The notes: generated by a model from the sequence alone, not told the origin. A stretch of DNA of 64,000 nt from an uncultured Gammaproteobacteria bacterium (GCA_963720445.1 CAVRFO010000002.1:439545-503544); one strand, 5' to 3'; shown: positions 23,529 through 38,698, counted from the first letter of the stretch. Numbers and translations: made by a program.

Positions 23529-23989
23529 CAGCCACCCTTTCTCATGATCCAGTGCGTGGTGCCGCCCGTTCCCCACGCAGCGCTCGGAACAGTGACGGTA
23601 ACCTGCTGATTTTTTTGATCGATGGAATACTTGAAGCCAGTGACCGGCCCGGATCCGGACGCGGTGATTGTGTAGGTCGAATCCGTCAGCGTTGCAGCGG
23701 GACAGTCATAGGTCCACTTTCCAACGGTCACGCTCGAAGGGCATGGCGTGGTAAACGCCGCGCCACTGGATTTGTACGTACGTGCATCCTGATAGTACTG
23801 CTCCATCCGCGCGCGATATGCGGACAACAGATTGGTTCCGTCAACCAGATTTCCGCGTTTGATGTAGTCGTTGTAAGCCGGCAGCGCGATGGTCGCCAAG
23901 ATTGCGACGATCGCAACCACAATCATCAATTCGATCAGCGTAAATCCCGCTGTCGCCCCACCCGTTTGATTGCGGTACTTGCACTTCAT
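23528..23989 (-). CDS. pilE: PilE-like minor pilin (set A)
   Basis: AG|FTLIELMIVVAIVAILATIALPAY.DY, MEQYYQD.RTY. Confidence 0.82.
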   Translation of the reverse strand: MKCKYRNQTGGATAGFTLIELMIVVAIVAILATIALPAYNDYIKRGNLVDGTNLLSAYRARMEQYYQDARTYKSSGAAFTTPCPSSVTVGKWTYDCPAATLTDSTYTITASGSGPVTGFKYSIDQKNQQVTVTVPSAAWGTGGTTHWIMRKGG

Positions 23990-24243
23990 GTATGGCCCCT
24001 TTCCGGACGGAGAGCGCGTGTCGCTCACCCGTATTTTCGGCAGCGTCATTGATGCCGGAGGGCAGTACTGTGGTCAACCGGTTACCGGACGAGCGGTGCG
24101 TTTTGCGCGATCAGCGAAAATCGGCACGCCTGGCGGAGATGTTCTTCAGCGCCATCCCATCTCCTTCGCCCTGCGAGATCTGCCGCGGCCGGGGCATAAC
24201 GGCTGAAGCTGCTCCCGACGAAAGCACCTACCGATACAGCGGG

Positions 24244-25198
24244 TTACCCGACAACGCGCAAACGCAGTTCCTTCGGCAGCGCGAAGGTGACGTTCTCCGG
24301 CTCCCCATCGAGCTCGCGCACGCCGGCAGCGCCCGCTTCGCGCAGGTGCGCGATGACCTCGCGGACCAGGCTTTCCGGGGCCGAGGCGCCGGCGGTGACG
24401 CCGATGCGGGTGCGGCCTTCGAGCCATTCGGGTCGGATGTCGTCGGCGCCGTCGATCAGGTGCGCCGGTACGCCCTGCTTCTCGGCGAGTTCGCGCAGGC
24501 GGTTCGAGTTGGAGCTGTTCGGCGAGCCGACGACGAGGACCAGATCGCATTGCTGGCCGAGGCGGCGCACCGCGTCCTGGCGGTTCTGCGTCGCGTAGCA
24601 GATGTCGTCGTGGCGCGGGCCCAGGATCGCCGGGAAGCGTTCGCGCGCAGCGCGTCGATGACCGCGTTGGTGTCGTCGATCGAGAGCGTGGTCTGGGTCG
24701 CGAATGCGATTTGTTCCGGGTTGCTGCGGCATCGAGGCGCGCGACGCATTCGGGCGTTTCGACGAGATAGATCGCGCCGGCGTTGGCCGCGGTCCCACTG
24801 CCCCATCGTGCCTTCGACTTCCGGATGGCCGGCGTGGCCGATCAGCACGACATCGCGGCCGGCCTTGCCGTGGCGCGCGACTTCGATGTGCACCTTGGTG
24901 ACCAGCGGACAGGTCGCGTCGAATACGCGCAGGCCGCGGCCGGCGCGCCTCGCCGCGCACGGCCTGCGACACGCCGTGGGCGCTGAAGATCACGGTCGCG
25001 CCGTCGGGCACTTCGTCGAGTTCGTCGACGAATACCGCGCCTTGCGCACGCAGCTCGTCGACGACGAAACGGTTGTGCACGACTTCATGGCGCACGTAGA
25101 TCGGCGCGCCGAACGGTCTCGAGTGCGCGTTCGACGATCTCGATCGCGCGGTCGACGCCGGCGCAGAAACCGCGCGGGTTGGCGAGCAGGATATCCAT
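24244..25198 (-). CDS. ispH: 4-hydroxy-3-methylbut-2-enyl diphosphate reductase (apparent frameshifts)
   Basis: [58 protein letters not shown]. Confidence 0.94.
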
Positions 25199-25320
25199 GG
25201 GGCATTCTACCGGAGAGCGCAAATCGTGACCTGATTCAGCGTCAATGGTCACATCGATGGATCGTCGCTGGAGCCCATTCCAGCGGGCGGCGGATGTCGG
25301 TCGTTCCCTGCGCGCCTCCG

Positions 25321-25344
25321 GTCGCGCACAGGGTGCGCTCCTAC
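25321..25344. repeat. GTAG-type REP
   Basis: gtcgcgcacagggtgcgctcctac. Confidence 0.8.
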
Positions 25345-25358
25345 GGCGGCGGGTAGGT

Positions 25359-25847
25359 TCAGGCCTTGCGCGAGGCCAATCCGAACACGATCAGCAGCAC
25401 CGCGCCGACGCAGATCGCGGAGTCGGCGATGTTGAACGCCGGGTAATACCACTGCTGGTAGTGCACGTGGATGAAATCGATGACGTGACCGAGGCGCAGG
25501 CGGTCGATCAGGTTGCCGAACGCGCCGCCGATGATCGAGCGCGAGCGGCACCGCGTTGCGCCAGTCGCGGCGCGGCGTGCGCGCGAGCCAGAACGCGAGC
25601 ACCGCGCTGACGCCGATCGCGAGCGCGGCGAACAGCCAGCGCTGCCAACCGTCCTCGCTGGCGAGGAAGCTGAATGCGGCGCCGGGGTTGAACGCGAGCG
25701 TCCAGTTGAGGAAACCCGGGATGACGACGCATGCGAGCCCACTGCGGTTCCAGCTCGCGCGAGCGCGATGAGCTTGGTCAGCTGGTCGAGCGCGATGACG
25801 AGCAGCGACAGCAGCAGCCAGGGAAGTGCGTTGGGTTTCACGGTCAT
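25359..25847 (-). CDS. lspA: Lipoprotein signal peptidase II (compensating frameshifts)
   Basis: [40 protein letters not shown]. Confidence 0.93.
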   Translation of the reverse strand: MTVKPNALPWLLLSLLVIALDQLTKLIALARAGTAVGSHASSSRVSSTGRSRSTPAPHSASSPARTVGSAGCSPRSRSASARCSRSGSRARRAATGATRCRSRSIIGGAFGNLIDRLRLGHVIDFIHVHYQQWYYPAFNIADSAICVGAVLLIVFGLASRKA

Positions 25848-26137
25848 TGCTGGCGCTCCCGCCAATAGGTCGGCGCACGATGCAGATGAGCGACCGCGAT
25901 CAAGATTACCTCCTCGTCACGGGGCTCGTAGATCAGTGCGTACGGAAAACGACGCGTCCTGCAACGGCGAATGATTCCCCCGAGCGGATGCCATGCGTTG
26001 GGAAACTCATTGATGCGCTGGAGTGCTTCCCATACGCAGTCACGGAATTCATCCCCCAATCCTGCCCGCTCCGCGTTGTAGGCGAATACGGCTTCGCGAA
26101 ATTCCCGCCGCGCCGGCGACAGGAAGCGAACCTTCAA
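25844..26137 (-). CDS. RelE/ParE-family toxin
   Basis: [19 protein letters not shown]...RRFPY.LIY, IAVAH.HR.P.YW..R. Confidence 0.88.
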   Translation of the reverse strand: MKVRFLSPARREFREAVFAYNAERAGLGDEFRDCVWEALQRINEFPNAWHPLGGIIRRCRTRRFPYALIYEPRDEEVILIAVAHLHRAPTYWRERQQ

Positions 26138-26358
26138 ACCTTCTTCCCCAATTCGGAGAACACATCCCGCGCATCCGCCGAATCGAGCTCACCAGCGCGG
26201 TACGCCGCGAGTCGGCCTTCCGCTTCCCGCAACCACAAGGCATCGATGGAAGCCTCGGTCTCGTGCAGACTTTCGAACAATTCATCGACCAGACCAGCGC
26301 GCTCGATCGCCGGTAATTGAATCGCCTGTCGCAGGATGGATTTTGCGGATGCGTTCAT
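26134..26358 (-). CDS. Addiction-module antitoxin component
   Basis: [19 protein letters not shown]....IDALW..EAE.RL.AY..G; overlaps the toxin start. Confidence 0.85.
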   Translation of the reverse strand: MNASAKSILRQAIQLPAIERAGLVDELFESLHETEASIDALWLREAEGRLAAYRAGELDSADARDVFSELGKKV

Positions 26359-26401
26359 CGAATGATCCAATGTCGTGTTCGCAGCAATTATACGCACGCC
26401 G

Positions 26402-29365
26402 TCAAAACCAGCGCCGCACCTCGCCCGCACCATCGACGTTCTCGATGCAGCGCCCGCAGATTTCCGGGTGCTCGGCATGCGTACCGACATCGCTGCGGTA
26501 ATGCCAGCAGCGGATGCATTTCTGCGCGTCGCTTGGGCTGGCGGCAATCCAGATTTCGGCGCCCTCGATCTCGACGCCCTGGACATCCGCGCGCTCGGCC
26601 GGATCCGCTTGCACGGCGAGATCGGCCAGCTTGAGCTTCGAGGTGATGAAGAAGAAACGCAGCTCATCGGCGACTTCGGCATAACGCGTGCGCGTCGCCG
26701 CGTCGGCGTGGACGACGACATCGGCCTGCAGCGAAGCACCGATCGCTCCACTCGCGCGCATGCCTTCGAGCAGGCGCGACGCACCGGTGCGGATCGCGAG
26801 CAGATCGGCCCACCACTTGCGCTGCTCGGGCGAGCCTTGCGTGGCTTCAAGCCCGTCGTACCAGGTCTCGAACAACACCGATTCGCCGCGCGTGCCGGGC
26901 ATGTGCTGCCAGATTTCCTCGGCGGTGAACGACAGGATCGGCGCCGAGCCAGCGCACCATCGCTTCGAGCAATGCGGTACATCGCGCTCTGCGCGCTGCG
27001 CCGGCCATGGCTGTCGGCCTGCATCGTGTAGACACGGTCCTTGGTGATGTCGAGGTATAGCGAGCCCAACTCGTTGGTGCAGAAATTCTGCACGCGCGCG
27101 ACGACCTCCGGGAAATCGTGGCGCGCATACGCAGCGACCACGGCCTGCTGCACGTCGTACGCCTGCTGCACCGCCCACTGATCGAGCAGCAGGCACTCGC
27201 CGACCGGCAACAGATGCTTCGCCGGGTCGAAGCCATCAAGATTGCCGAGCAGGAAGCGCGCGGTGTTGCGGATGCGCCGATACGAATCGGCGACGCGTTT
27301 CAGGATCTCGTCCGACAGCGACATCTCGTTGCGGTAGTCGGCCGACGCGATCCACAGACGCAGGATGTCTGCGCCGTACTTGTTCATCACGTCCTGCGGC
27401 TCGATGCCGTTGCCGAGCGACTTGGACATCTTGCGGCCCTGCGCATCGACGGTGAAGCCGTGGGTCAGCACCTCGTCGTACGGCGCGCGACCGTGCATGG
27501 CCACCGAGGTCAGCAGCGACGAGTGGAACCAGCCGCGGTGCTGGTCGGAGCCTTCCAGATACATCACCTTGTCGCCGGGATTGCGTGCGAGGTTCGCGCG
27601 CTGGTCGAGCACGCAAAAGTGGGTGACGCCGGAGTCGAACCAGACATCGAGGATGTCGGTGACTTTCTCGTACTGCTCGGCCTCGCTGCCGAGAAGTTCC
27701 GCCGCGATCGAGCGCGTACCATGCATCGACGCCGTCCTTCTCGACGCGCTGCGCGACTTCCTCCATCAATTCGACGCTGCGCGGATGCGGCGTCTTGTTC
27801 GCCTTGTCGACAAACAACGCGATCGGCACGCCCCAGGTGCGCTGGCGCGAGATGCACCAGTCCGGACGCCCGGCGATCATGCCGGCGATGCGTTCCTCGC
27901 CCCAGCCGGGATACCAGGTCACATCGTCGCGGATCGCTTGCAGCGCGGCCTTGCGCAGGCCGCCGTCATCCATGCCGATGAACCACTGCGGCGTGGCGCG
28001 GAAAGCGACCGGCGTGCGATGGCGCCAGCAGTGCGGATAGCTGTGCGTGATCTTCGCGTGCGCGAGCAGCACGCCGCGCTCGGCGAGCAACGCGATGATC
28101 GTGTCGTTGGCCTTCCAGATGTACTGCCCGGCGAAGATCGGCGTGCCCGGCAGATAGACGCCGTTGGCGCCGACCGGATTCAGTTCGGACGCGGAGTACT
28201 TCTCCACCAATCCATATTTCTGACCGACAGCGAAATCCTCGACGCCATGGCCCGGCGCGGTGTGTACCGCGCCGGTGCCGTCTTCGGCGGAGACGTGGTC
28301 GCCGAGGATGATCGGGATTTCGCGGTCATAGAACGGATGCCTGAGCCCTGCAGGAGCGGCAGCAGCCGCGATGCCTTTCGATTCGTGGAGGAGAGCATCG
28401 CGCCTTCCGGCGCTCCGACGGCAGCTTGCGTCTCCAGTGCGGCGCCCTTCGCATGGCCGAGCACGTTGACGCTTTCGACGCCATAGCGCGCCAGCGCGCT
28501 TGCGGCCAGCGCGCTCGGCGAGCACCAGCAAGACACGCTTGCCATCGCGCGCGGGCCCTTCGACCAGCACGTAGTCGAGTTCCGGCCCGAGCGTCACCGC
28601 AACGCTCGCCGGCAAGTGTCCACGGCGTGGTCGTCCAGATCGGTACCGCGACGATGTCGTCGTCGCCAATCGTCACGCCGAATTTCGCCGCCAGCGCTTT
28701 CGGCTCGATCGCGTCGTAAGCGACATCGACCGTCGGCGAAACCTTGTCCGCGTATTCGATCTCGGCCTCGGCCAGCGCCGAGCCGCAATCGAAGCACCAG
28801 TGCACCGGCTTGAAGCCGCGCATCACGTGGCCGTTCGCATAGATCCTCGACGAGCGCGCGAAGCATGTCCGCCTCGTAGCGGAAATCCATCGTGCGGTAC
28901 GGATTTTCCCAGTCGCCGAGCACGCCGAGACGTTTGAAATCCGCGCGCTGCAGGTCGATCTGCTTCGCCGCGTACTCGCGGCAATGCTGGCGGAATGTCG
29001 CCGCGTCGACCTTCTGGCCGACCTTGCCGATTTTCTTCTCGACCGCGATCTCGATCGGCAGGCCGTGGCAATCCCAGCCCGGCACGTACGGCGAACGGAA
29101 GCCGGCGAGCAGCGCGGACTTGACCACGACGTCCTTCAGGATCTTGTTGACCGCATGACCGAGGTGGATCGCGCCGTTCGCATACGGCGGACCGTCGTGC
29201 AGGATGAACGCATGCTCGCGATCCGCGGTGCGCTGCTGGATCTGCGGCGTAGCGGCCGACCTTCTCCCACTCGGCCAGCATGCCGGGTTCGCGTTTGGCG
29301 AGATCCGCCTTCATCGCGAAGTCGGTTTTCGGCAGGTTGATGGTGTCTTTGTAATCTTTGCTCAT
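26402..29365 (-). CDS. ileS: Isoleucine--tRNA ligase (several apparent frameshifts)
   Basis: [64 protein letters not shown]-terminal KCIRCWH..ICGRC. Confidence 0.96.
28349..28419. repeat. REP doublet inside the ileS coding sequence
   Basis: tgcaggagcggcagcagccgcgatgc ... gcatcgcgccttccggcgctccgac, between the codons for KGAALE and LRHPFY. Confidence 0.85.
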
Positions 29366-29406
29366 GCTGGGACCGTTGGTTTCAGGGCGGCGTTCATGGT
29401 TCTTGC

Positions 29407-29515
29407 CGTCATCCCGGCGACGCCGGGATCCAGCCGTTTATCTTTCGTGCGGCATCAAAAACCGGATAACCGGCTTCGCCGTTATAAAGCTCTTCCGGCG
29501 TTCGCCGGGATGACG
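29407..29515. repeat. CGTC-type REP doublet overlapping the ribF 3' end
   Basis: cgtcatcccggcgacgccgggatcca ... ccggcgttcgccgggatgacg. Confidence 0.82.
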
Positions 29516-30477
29516 ATTTCCGTTGTGTGTTCCGGGCCGTTCAGATCGCACGTGCCGAGAATTGCCCGCGCCTCCATCGCATCGCGATCGATCTGCCGCA
29601 CCATCGCGTCGAGGTCTTCGAACTTTTCCTCGTCGCGCAACTTCTGCACGAATTCCACCTCGATACGGCGGCCATACAGATCGCCATCGAAATCGAACAG
29701 ATGCGCCTCGAGCAGCGGTTCGGTGCCATTCACGGTCGGGCGTACGCCGAGGCTCGCGACGCCGGGCATCGGCTGCGTACCGACGCCACGCACGCGCACC
29801 GCGAAGATGCCACCGACCGGCGACGTGCGCTTGCCGAGCCGGATATTCGCGGTCGGATAGCCGAGCTTGCGGCCGAGCTGCTGGCCGCGCACGACATGCC
29901 CGCCAATCGTGAAACGCCGCCCGAGCAATCGCGCGGCCGCGTCGAATTCGCCTGCCGCGAGGTGCCTGCGGATCGCGCTGCTGCTGACGCGCTCGGCGCC
30001 GACTTCGACGTCCGGCATCACCGCAACGGAAAAATCGTGGCGTTCGCCGAACGCCCGCAACAACGCGACATCGCCGCGCCGCGCGTGACCGAACCGAAAA
30101 TCCGCACCGACCCAGATCTCGCGCACGCCGGCACGCTGCACGAGCACGTTCTCGATGAATGCTTCGGCGAACGTCGCCGCCATCGCCGCATCGAAACGCA
30201 GCAACAACACGCGCGAAATGCCGCCGGCAACCAGGCTTTCGATCTTCTCGCGCACGCTCGCGAGCCGCGGTACCGGCGCGCCGTGCGCAAAGAACTCACG
30301 CGGGATCGGCGCGAAGCTGATCGCGAGCGAGCTCAACCCGCGCACGATCGCACGGTCGCGCACGCGCGCCAGCAACGCGCGATGGCCCAGATGCATGCCA
30401 TCGAACGCGCCCACGCAAACCACACTGCCGCGCGGAGCCAGATTGGGTCCCGCAGTATCCCGGAAAAGCAGACTCAT
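29482..30477 (-). CDS. ribF: Bifunctional riboflavin kinase/FAD synthetase
   Basis: GAFDGMHLGH, VGADFRFG, VSSSAIR, GRKLGYPTAN, GVRPT, EAHLFDF. Confidence 0.95.
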   Translation of the reverse strand: MSLLFRDTAGPNLAPRGSVVCVGAFDGMHLGHRALLARVRDRAIVRGLSSLAISFAPIPREFFAHGAPVPRLASVREKIESLVAGGISRVLLLRFDAAMAATFAEAFIENVLVQRAGVREIWVGADFRFGHARRGDVALLRAFGERHDFSVAVMPDVEVGAERVSSSAIRRHLAAGEFDAAARLLGRRFTIGGHVVRGQQLGRKLGYPTANIRLGKRTSPVGGIFAVRVRGVGTQPMPGVASLGVRPTVNGTEPLLEAHLFDFDGDLYGRRIEVEFVQKLRDEEKFEDLDAMVRQIDRDAMEARAILGTCDLNGPEHTTEIVIPANAGRAL

Positions 30478-30539
30478 CCTGAAAGTATAGCCGCTGCGCC
30501 GCACCATGCGCGGCCGTTGCGAGCGTGACAACAGGCTCC

Positions 30540-30616
30540 GTAGGAGCGCACCCTGTGCGCGAGTGCCGGTATGGGAATGTCGGGTCGCCATGATCGCCCA
30601 CAGGGTGGGCTCCTAC
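30540..30616. repeat. GTAG-type REP doublet
   Basis: gtaggagcgcaccctgtgcgcga ... tcgcccacagggtgggctcctac. Confidence 0.85.
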
Positions 30617-30659
30617 GGATCCACCACCCCGCACGGTTCCACATCCCGGCCGCCAGCGC

Positions 30660-32267
30660 TTATTGCGCGCGCAGATCGCGCAAGCGAAAGCCGCACGCGA
30701 ACAATGCGACGACGAAGGTCGCGCCGCCTGCCGTAACCAGAACGCCGAGCCGGATCGCACGCGTGCCGAATGGCCATGCGCTCCAGTCGTGCCAGAACCA
30801 CAAGCCGACCAGCAGCACGCCGACCATCGCGAGACACGCCGCGCCAAGGCGCAGCAGGTGCAACGCCCAGCCGGGCTGGCTGACATACACGCCGTCGCGA
30901 CGCAGTGCGAGCCAGAGCTGGGTCAGGTTGAGATAGCTCGCCAGCGCGCTGGCCAGCGCCAGGCCCATGTGCAGGCCCGGTACGCGCGCGATCGCGGCCA
31001 GCCAGCCGTCGCCAAGATCCTCGGGGCGATGCCAGAAATAAAACAACGCGCCGACGAAGATCACGTTCATCACCATGTTCGCGATCATCGCGACGATGCC
31101 CGCGCGAACCGGCGTCCTAGTGTCCTGACGCGCGTAGAACGCCGGTGCGACGACCTTGACCAATGCGAACGCGGGTAGTCCGAACGACAGGGCGGACAGC
31201 GACAACGCCGCCATCTGGACATCATGCGCGGTGTATTTGCCGTGCTGGAACAAGGTGGCGAGGATCGGCTGCGCGAGCAGCACCAGCGCAAGCATCGCCG
31301 GCACCGCGATCAGCAACGCGGTGCGCAAACCCCAGTCGAGCGCCTTGGAAAATCCGTCGCGATCGGTGGTCACGTGATGCCGCGACAGCGACGGCAGGAT
31401 CACCGTGCCGAGCGCGACACCGAAGATGCCGAGCGGGAATTCGAGCAGGCGATCGGTCTGCGCCAGCCAGCTCTGCGAACCGGTGATCAGGTACGAGGCG
31501 ATCACGGTGTCGAGCAGCAGGTTGATCTGCGCGACCGATGAGCCGAACAAGGTCGGAATCATCAAAGTGAGCACGCGCCGCACGCCGGGATGACGCCAGC
31601 CCCAGCGCGGCAATGCGAGCAGGTCGAGGTTGCGCAGCGCCGGAAGCTGTACCAGGAGCTGCAGCACACCGGCGGCGAGGATCGCCCAGCCGAGCGACAT
31701 GATCGGCGTATGCAGCCATGGCGCCATCCACAACGCGGCGCCGATCATGCACAGATTCATGATCACCGGCGTCAACGCCGGCAGCATGAATTTATGGAAG
31801 CTGTTGAGCACGCCGCCGGCCAGTGCGGTCAGCGACACGAACAACAGGAACGGGAACATCACGCGCAGCAGGTCGGTGGTCAGCGCGAACTTGACCGGCT
31901 CGTCGATCGAACCCGGCGCAAACGCGCCGGTGATCCAGGCTGCGCCGAGCATGCCGATTGCGGTGACCACGAACAGGATCGCGCCGAGCGTGCCGGACGT
32001 GCGCGCGATCAGTTCTTTCAACTCGGCGTGGCTGCGTTTTTCCTTGAACTCGGTCAGGACCGGCACGAACGCGACCGAGAACGAGCCTTCCGCGAACAGC
32101 CGGCGCAGGAAATTCGGGACGCGGAACGCGACCCAGAACGCATCGGTCGTCGCATTCGCGCCGAATGCGTAGGCGATGACCATCTCGCGCACGAGGCCGA
32201 GAATGCGCGACACGAAGGTGCCGCCACTGAAGCTCAGCATCGAGCGGAGCAGGCTGGGGCGGGTCAT
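30660..32267 (-). CDS. murJ: Lipid II flippase MurJ
   Basis: [48 protein letters not shown]. Confidence 0.95.
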   Translation of the reverse strand: MTRPSLLRSMLSFSGGTFVSRILGLVREMVIAYAFGANATTDAFWVAFRVPNFLRRLFAEGSFSVAFVPVLTEFKEKRSHAELKELIARTSGTLGAILFVVTAIGMLGAAWITGAFAPGSIDEPVKFALTTDLLRVMFPFLLFVSLTALAGGVLNSFHKFMLPALTPVIMNLCMIGAALWMAPWLHTPIMSLGWAILAAGVLQLLVQLPALRNLDLLALPRWGWRHPGVRRVLTLMIPTLFGSSVAQINLLLDTVIASYLITGSQSWLAQTDRLLEFPLGIFGVALGTVILPSLSRHHVTTDRDGFSKALDWGLRTALLIAVPAMLALVLLAQPILATLFQHGKYTAHDVQMAALSLSALSFGLPAFALVKVVAPAFYARQDTRTPVRAGIVAMIANMVMNVIFVGALFYFWHRPEDLGDGWLAAIARVPGLHMGLALASALASYLNLTQLWLALRRDGVYVSQPGWALHLLRLGAACLAMVGVLLVGLWFWHDWSAWPFGTRAIRLGVLVTAGGATFVVALFACGFRLRDLRAQ

Positions 32268-32270
32268 GCG

Positions 32271-32308
32271 CGGGAGACCCGGGAGACGGGAGATGGGAAA
32301 CGGGAGAC
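32271..32308. repeat. Degenerate heptamer tandem (CGGGAGA-like)
   Basis: cgggagacccgggagacgggagatgggaaacgggagac. Confidence 0.6.
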
Positions 32309-32345
32309 GTAGAGAACGCGATTCCCCGCGGCTCGTGTTGGCAAG

Positions 32346-32411
32346 GCATCGCGCCTTCCGGCGCTCCCACAACAGCCAACAGCTTGGTAGGAGCGCCGGA
32401 AGGCGCGATGC
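32346..32411. repeat. REP doublet, tail-to-tail
   Basis: gcatcgcgccttccggcgctcccac ... gtaggagcgccggaaggcgcgatgc. Confidence 0.85.
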
Positions 32412-32551
32412 CTTGGCGACCGCGCCAGGAAAGCGTGAATCCCGCCGCCGCCGGTGCCGATCGAGGGCTTGCCATCCCACGAATTGACGTAGCGGCCTAT
32501 CAGCGGCATAATTTCAAGTCTTTTTCGACCCCCATTCACTGGAGTTTTACC

Positions 32552-32815
32552 TTGGCCAACATCAAATCCGCGAAGAAGCGTGCGCGCCAGTCCGAGCAGC
32601 ACCGCCAGCGCAACGCGAGCGCGCGTTCGATGGTTCGCACCGCGATCAAGAATGTCGTCAAAGCGATCGAGCTGAAGGACAAGGCGCGCGCCGAAGCCGC
32701 GTTCAAGATCGCCGAGCCGGTCATGGACCGCTACGCGGCCCGCGGCCTGATCCACAAGAACAAGGCTTCGCGCCATAAGAGCCGCCTGACTACGCATATC
32801 CGCGCGTTGGCCTGA
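32552..32815 (+). CDS. rpsT: 30S ribosomal protein S20
   Basis: TTG start, [27 protein letters not shown]. Confidence 0.96.
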   Translation: MANIKSAKKRARQSEQHRQRNASARSMVRTAIKNVVKAIELKDKARAEAAFKIAEPVMDRYAARGLIHKNKASRHKSRLTTHIRALA

Positions 32816-32834
32816 GCGCGGTTCGCAAGTCCCG

Positions 32835-32899
32835 AAAAAGCCGGCGCTAGCCGGCTTTTTTGTGAGTGGAACACCCCAGCCGGCGCTAGCCCGCTTTTT
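32835..32899. terminator. Bidirectional terminator plus a degenerate second copy
   Basis: aaaaagccggcgctagccggcttttt, then agccggcgctagcccgcttttt. Confidence 0.75.
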
Positions 32900-32927
32900 G
32901 TTGGTGCCGGGCGGATGCCGGCTGATC

Positions 32928-34140
<1,213 letters not shown>

Positions 34141-34146
34141 GCAAAC

Positions 34147-34170
34147 GAAAAGCCCCGCTCGAAGCGGGGC
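34147..34170 (-). terminator. Terminator after rplU-rpmA
   Basis: gccccgct-cga-agcggggc followed by a T-run on the minus strand. Confidence 0.7.
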
Positions 34171-34195
34171 CTCCGTAGACGATCGAGCGCCCGGA

Positions 34196-34453
34196 TCAGA
34201 CCGGAACGACGTTGACCATCTTGCGTGCGTTGGCGCCCTTGACCTTGAACTCGACCTTGCCGTCGACGACAGCGAAGATCGTGTGGTCGCGGCCGAGGCC
34301 TACGCCGGTGCCCGGATGGAAACGGGTGCCGCGCTGGCGAATGATGATGTTGCCGGCATTGACTGCCTGGCCGCCATACATCTTGACGCCGAGATACTTC
34401 GGGTTGGAGTCGCGACCGTTGCGGGTTGAGCCGCCTGCCTTCTTATGTGCCAT
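34196..34453 (-). CDS. rpmA: 50S ribosomal protein L27
   Basis: [16 protein letters not shown]. Confidence 0.98.
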   Translation of the reverse strand: MAHKKAGGSTRNGRDSNPKYLGVKMYGGQAVNAGNIIIRQRGTRFHPGTGVGLGRDHTIFAVVDGKVEFKVKGANARKMVNVVPV

Positions 34454-34456
34454 GAC

Positions 34457-34786
34457 TTACTCCTTCTTGCCCGATGCGCCGGTGATGCCGACGATCTCGA
34501 TTTCGGTGTAATGCTGACGATGTCCCGTCTCCTTGCGGAAATGCTTGCGGCGACGGAATTTGACGATGCGGATCTTGTCTCCGCGACCGTGCGAGACGAT
34601 CTTGGCCGTGACCAGTGCGCCCGCGACCAGCGGCGCGCCGACGGTGACGCCCTCGCCTTCGCCGACCATCAGCACCTGATCGAGCTTGATCTCGGCGCCG
34701 ACATCGGCAACGAGCTTCTCAACGCGCAGGGTTTCGCCCTGCGCCACGCGGTACTGACTACCGCCGGTAACGATGACTGCGTACAT
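34457..34786 (-). CDS. rplU: 50S ribosomal protein L21
   Basis: [28 protein letters not shown]. Confidence 0.97.
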   Translation of the reverse strand: MYAVIVTGGSQYRVAQGETLRVEKLVADVGAEIKLDQVLMVGEGEGVTVGAPLVAGALVTAKIVSHGRGDKIRIVKFRRRKHFRKETGHRQHYTEIEIVGITGASGKKE

Positions 34787-34932
34787 GGCTATGCCTCTGT
34801 AGTTATTCTGAAAACAGCCTTCTTTTCCGACGCTTGGCCGATAAAGAACCGCGGATTTTAACCATATCCGCGCGCCAAGGCAACCGCGCGCCAGAACCCC
34901 GCAGGAGCACCTTCAGCCGCAATAACGCTGAG

Positions 34933-35065
34933 AACCCTCCCCATTCATGGGGAGGGTTGGGTGGGGATGGTGTTCCCGGTGCGATGAGAAGCATCGCTAC
35001 ATGGTGGAGCGCCGGAAGGCGCGATGCTTCTGCTCGAAAGGCATCGCGGCTTCCGCCGCTCCCAC
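34933..35065. repeat. CCCTCCCC-type palindrome plus REP doublet
   Basis: aaccctccccattcatggggagggtt; ggagcgccggaaggcgcgatgc ... gcatcgcggcttccgccgctcccac. Confidence 0.75.
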
Positions 35066-35207
35066 CCAGCCGCCCCGCTTCACCTGTCTCCCAGTGGGGA
35101 GCGCCAGAGGCCGCCCCTGCGCGAGCTGGCTCGCATCCGCGCACTGTCGCAAACGACGAGACTGCAGTCGGTTGTTATAGTGATCGTTTCCCCCCATCTG
35201 TGGCGGC

Positions 35208-38081
<2,874 letters not shown>

Positions 38082-38085
<4 letters not shown>

Positions 38086-38594
38086 GTACACCGCGCACGC
38101 CAGCGACCCGGAAACCGCGCACCGCCAAATCGGAGGCGAAGGTCGCCGCTCCCGCCGTCGCAACGACGACGCCACTGCCACTCGCACAGCGCACAATGGC
38201 GAGTGTGCCGATGACGGTACGCTGGGGCGATCTCGACGCGTTCAACCACGTCAACAACGCGACCTTCCTGGTCTATGCGCAGGAAGCGCGCCTGGCCTGG
38301 CTCGCGAATGTCGACGGCGTCTGGTTCGACGAAACGATGATGCCGGTGGTCGCCGCCGCGCAAGTCAATTTCAGGCGCCAACTCGAATGGCCGGCGCAGA
38401 TCGTCGTCGAACTCGCCGCGAAGCGGATCGGCACGTCATCGGTGACGATCACCCATCGCATCGTCGCCGCGAACGACGCCGATTGCGTCTATGCGGACGG
38501 CGAAGTCGTGATGGTCTGGGTCGAACCCGCGAGCGGTCGCTCGGTGCCACTACCGGCGGCGATCCGCAGTGCGTGCGAAGCCCCGACAACGTAG
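38082..38594 (+). CDS. Acyl-CoA thioesterase (4HBT/YbgC family)
   Basis: [27 protein letters not shown]; ATGA overlap with uvrA. Confidence 0.88.
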
Positions 38595-38605
38595 CCCGCT
38601 TTTGC

Positions 38606-38677
38606 GTAGGAGCGCACCTTGTGCGCGACCGTCGTTGCAAAAACGCGGGGCGATCGCCCACGGGGTATCGCTCCTAC
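38606..38677. repeat. GTAG-type REP doublet
   Basis: gtaggagcgcaccttgtgcgcga ... tcgcccacggggtatcgctcctac. Confidence 0.8.
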
Positions 38678-38698
38678 GGATTCACCACATGACCACGC

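Noticed and set aside
12254-23989. Integrative element or prophage at tRNA-Val/tRNA-Thr
   Set aside because: No integrase, and I saw no duplicated tRNA 3' end. The pilin block lies upstream of the tRNAs at a conventional ispH-linked position.
23990-24243. c-di-GMP riboswitch or sigma-54 promoter upstream of the pilin cluster
   Set aside because: I could not find the GEMM consensus elements or a correctly spaced GG-N10-GC on the minus strand.
26134-27726. Apparent IleRS-antitoxin fusion ORF
   Set aside because: It is produced by an ileS frameshift. The true ileS end (VRRWF*) is at 26402 and the antitoxin has its own ATG at 26358.
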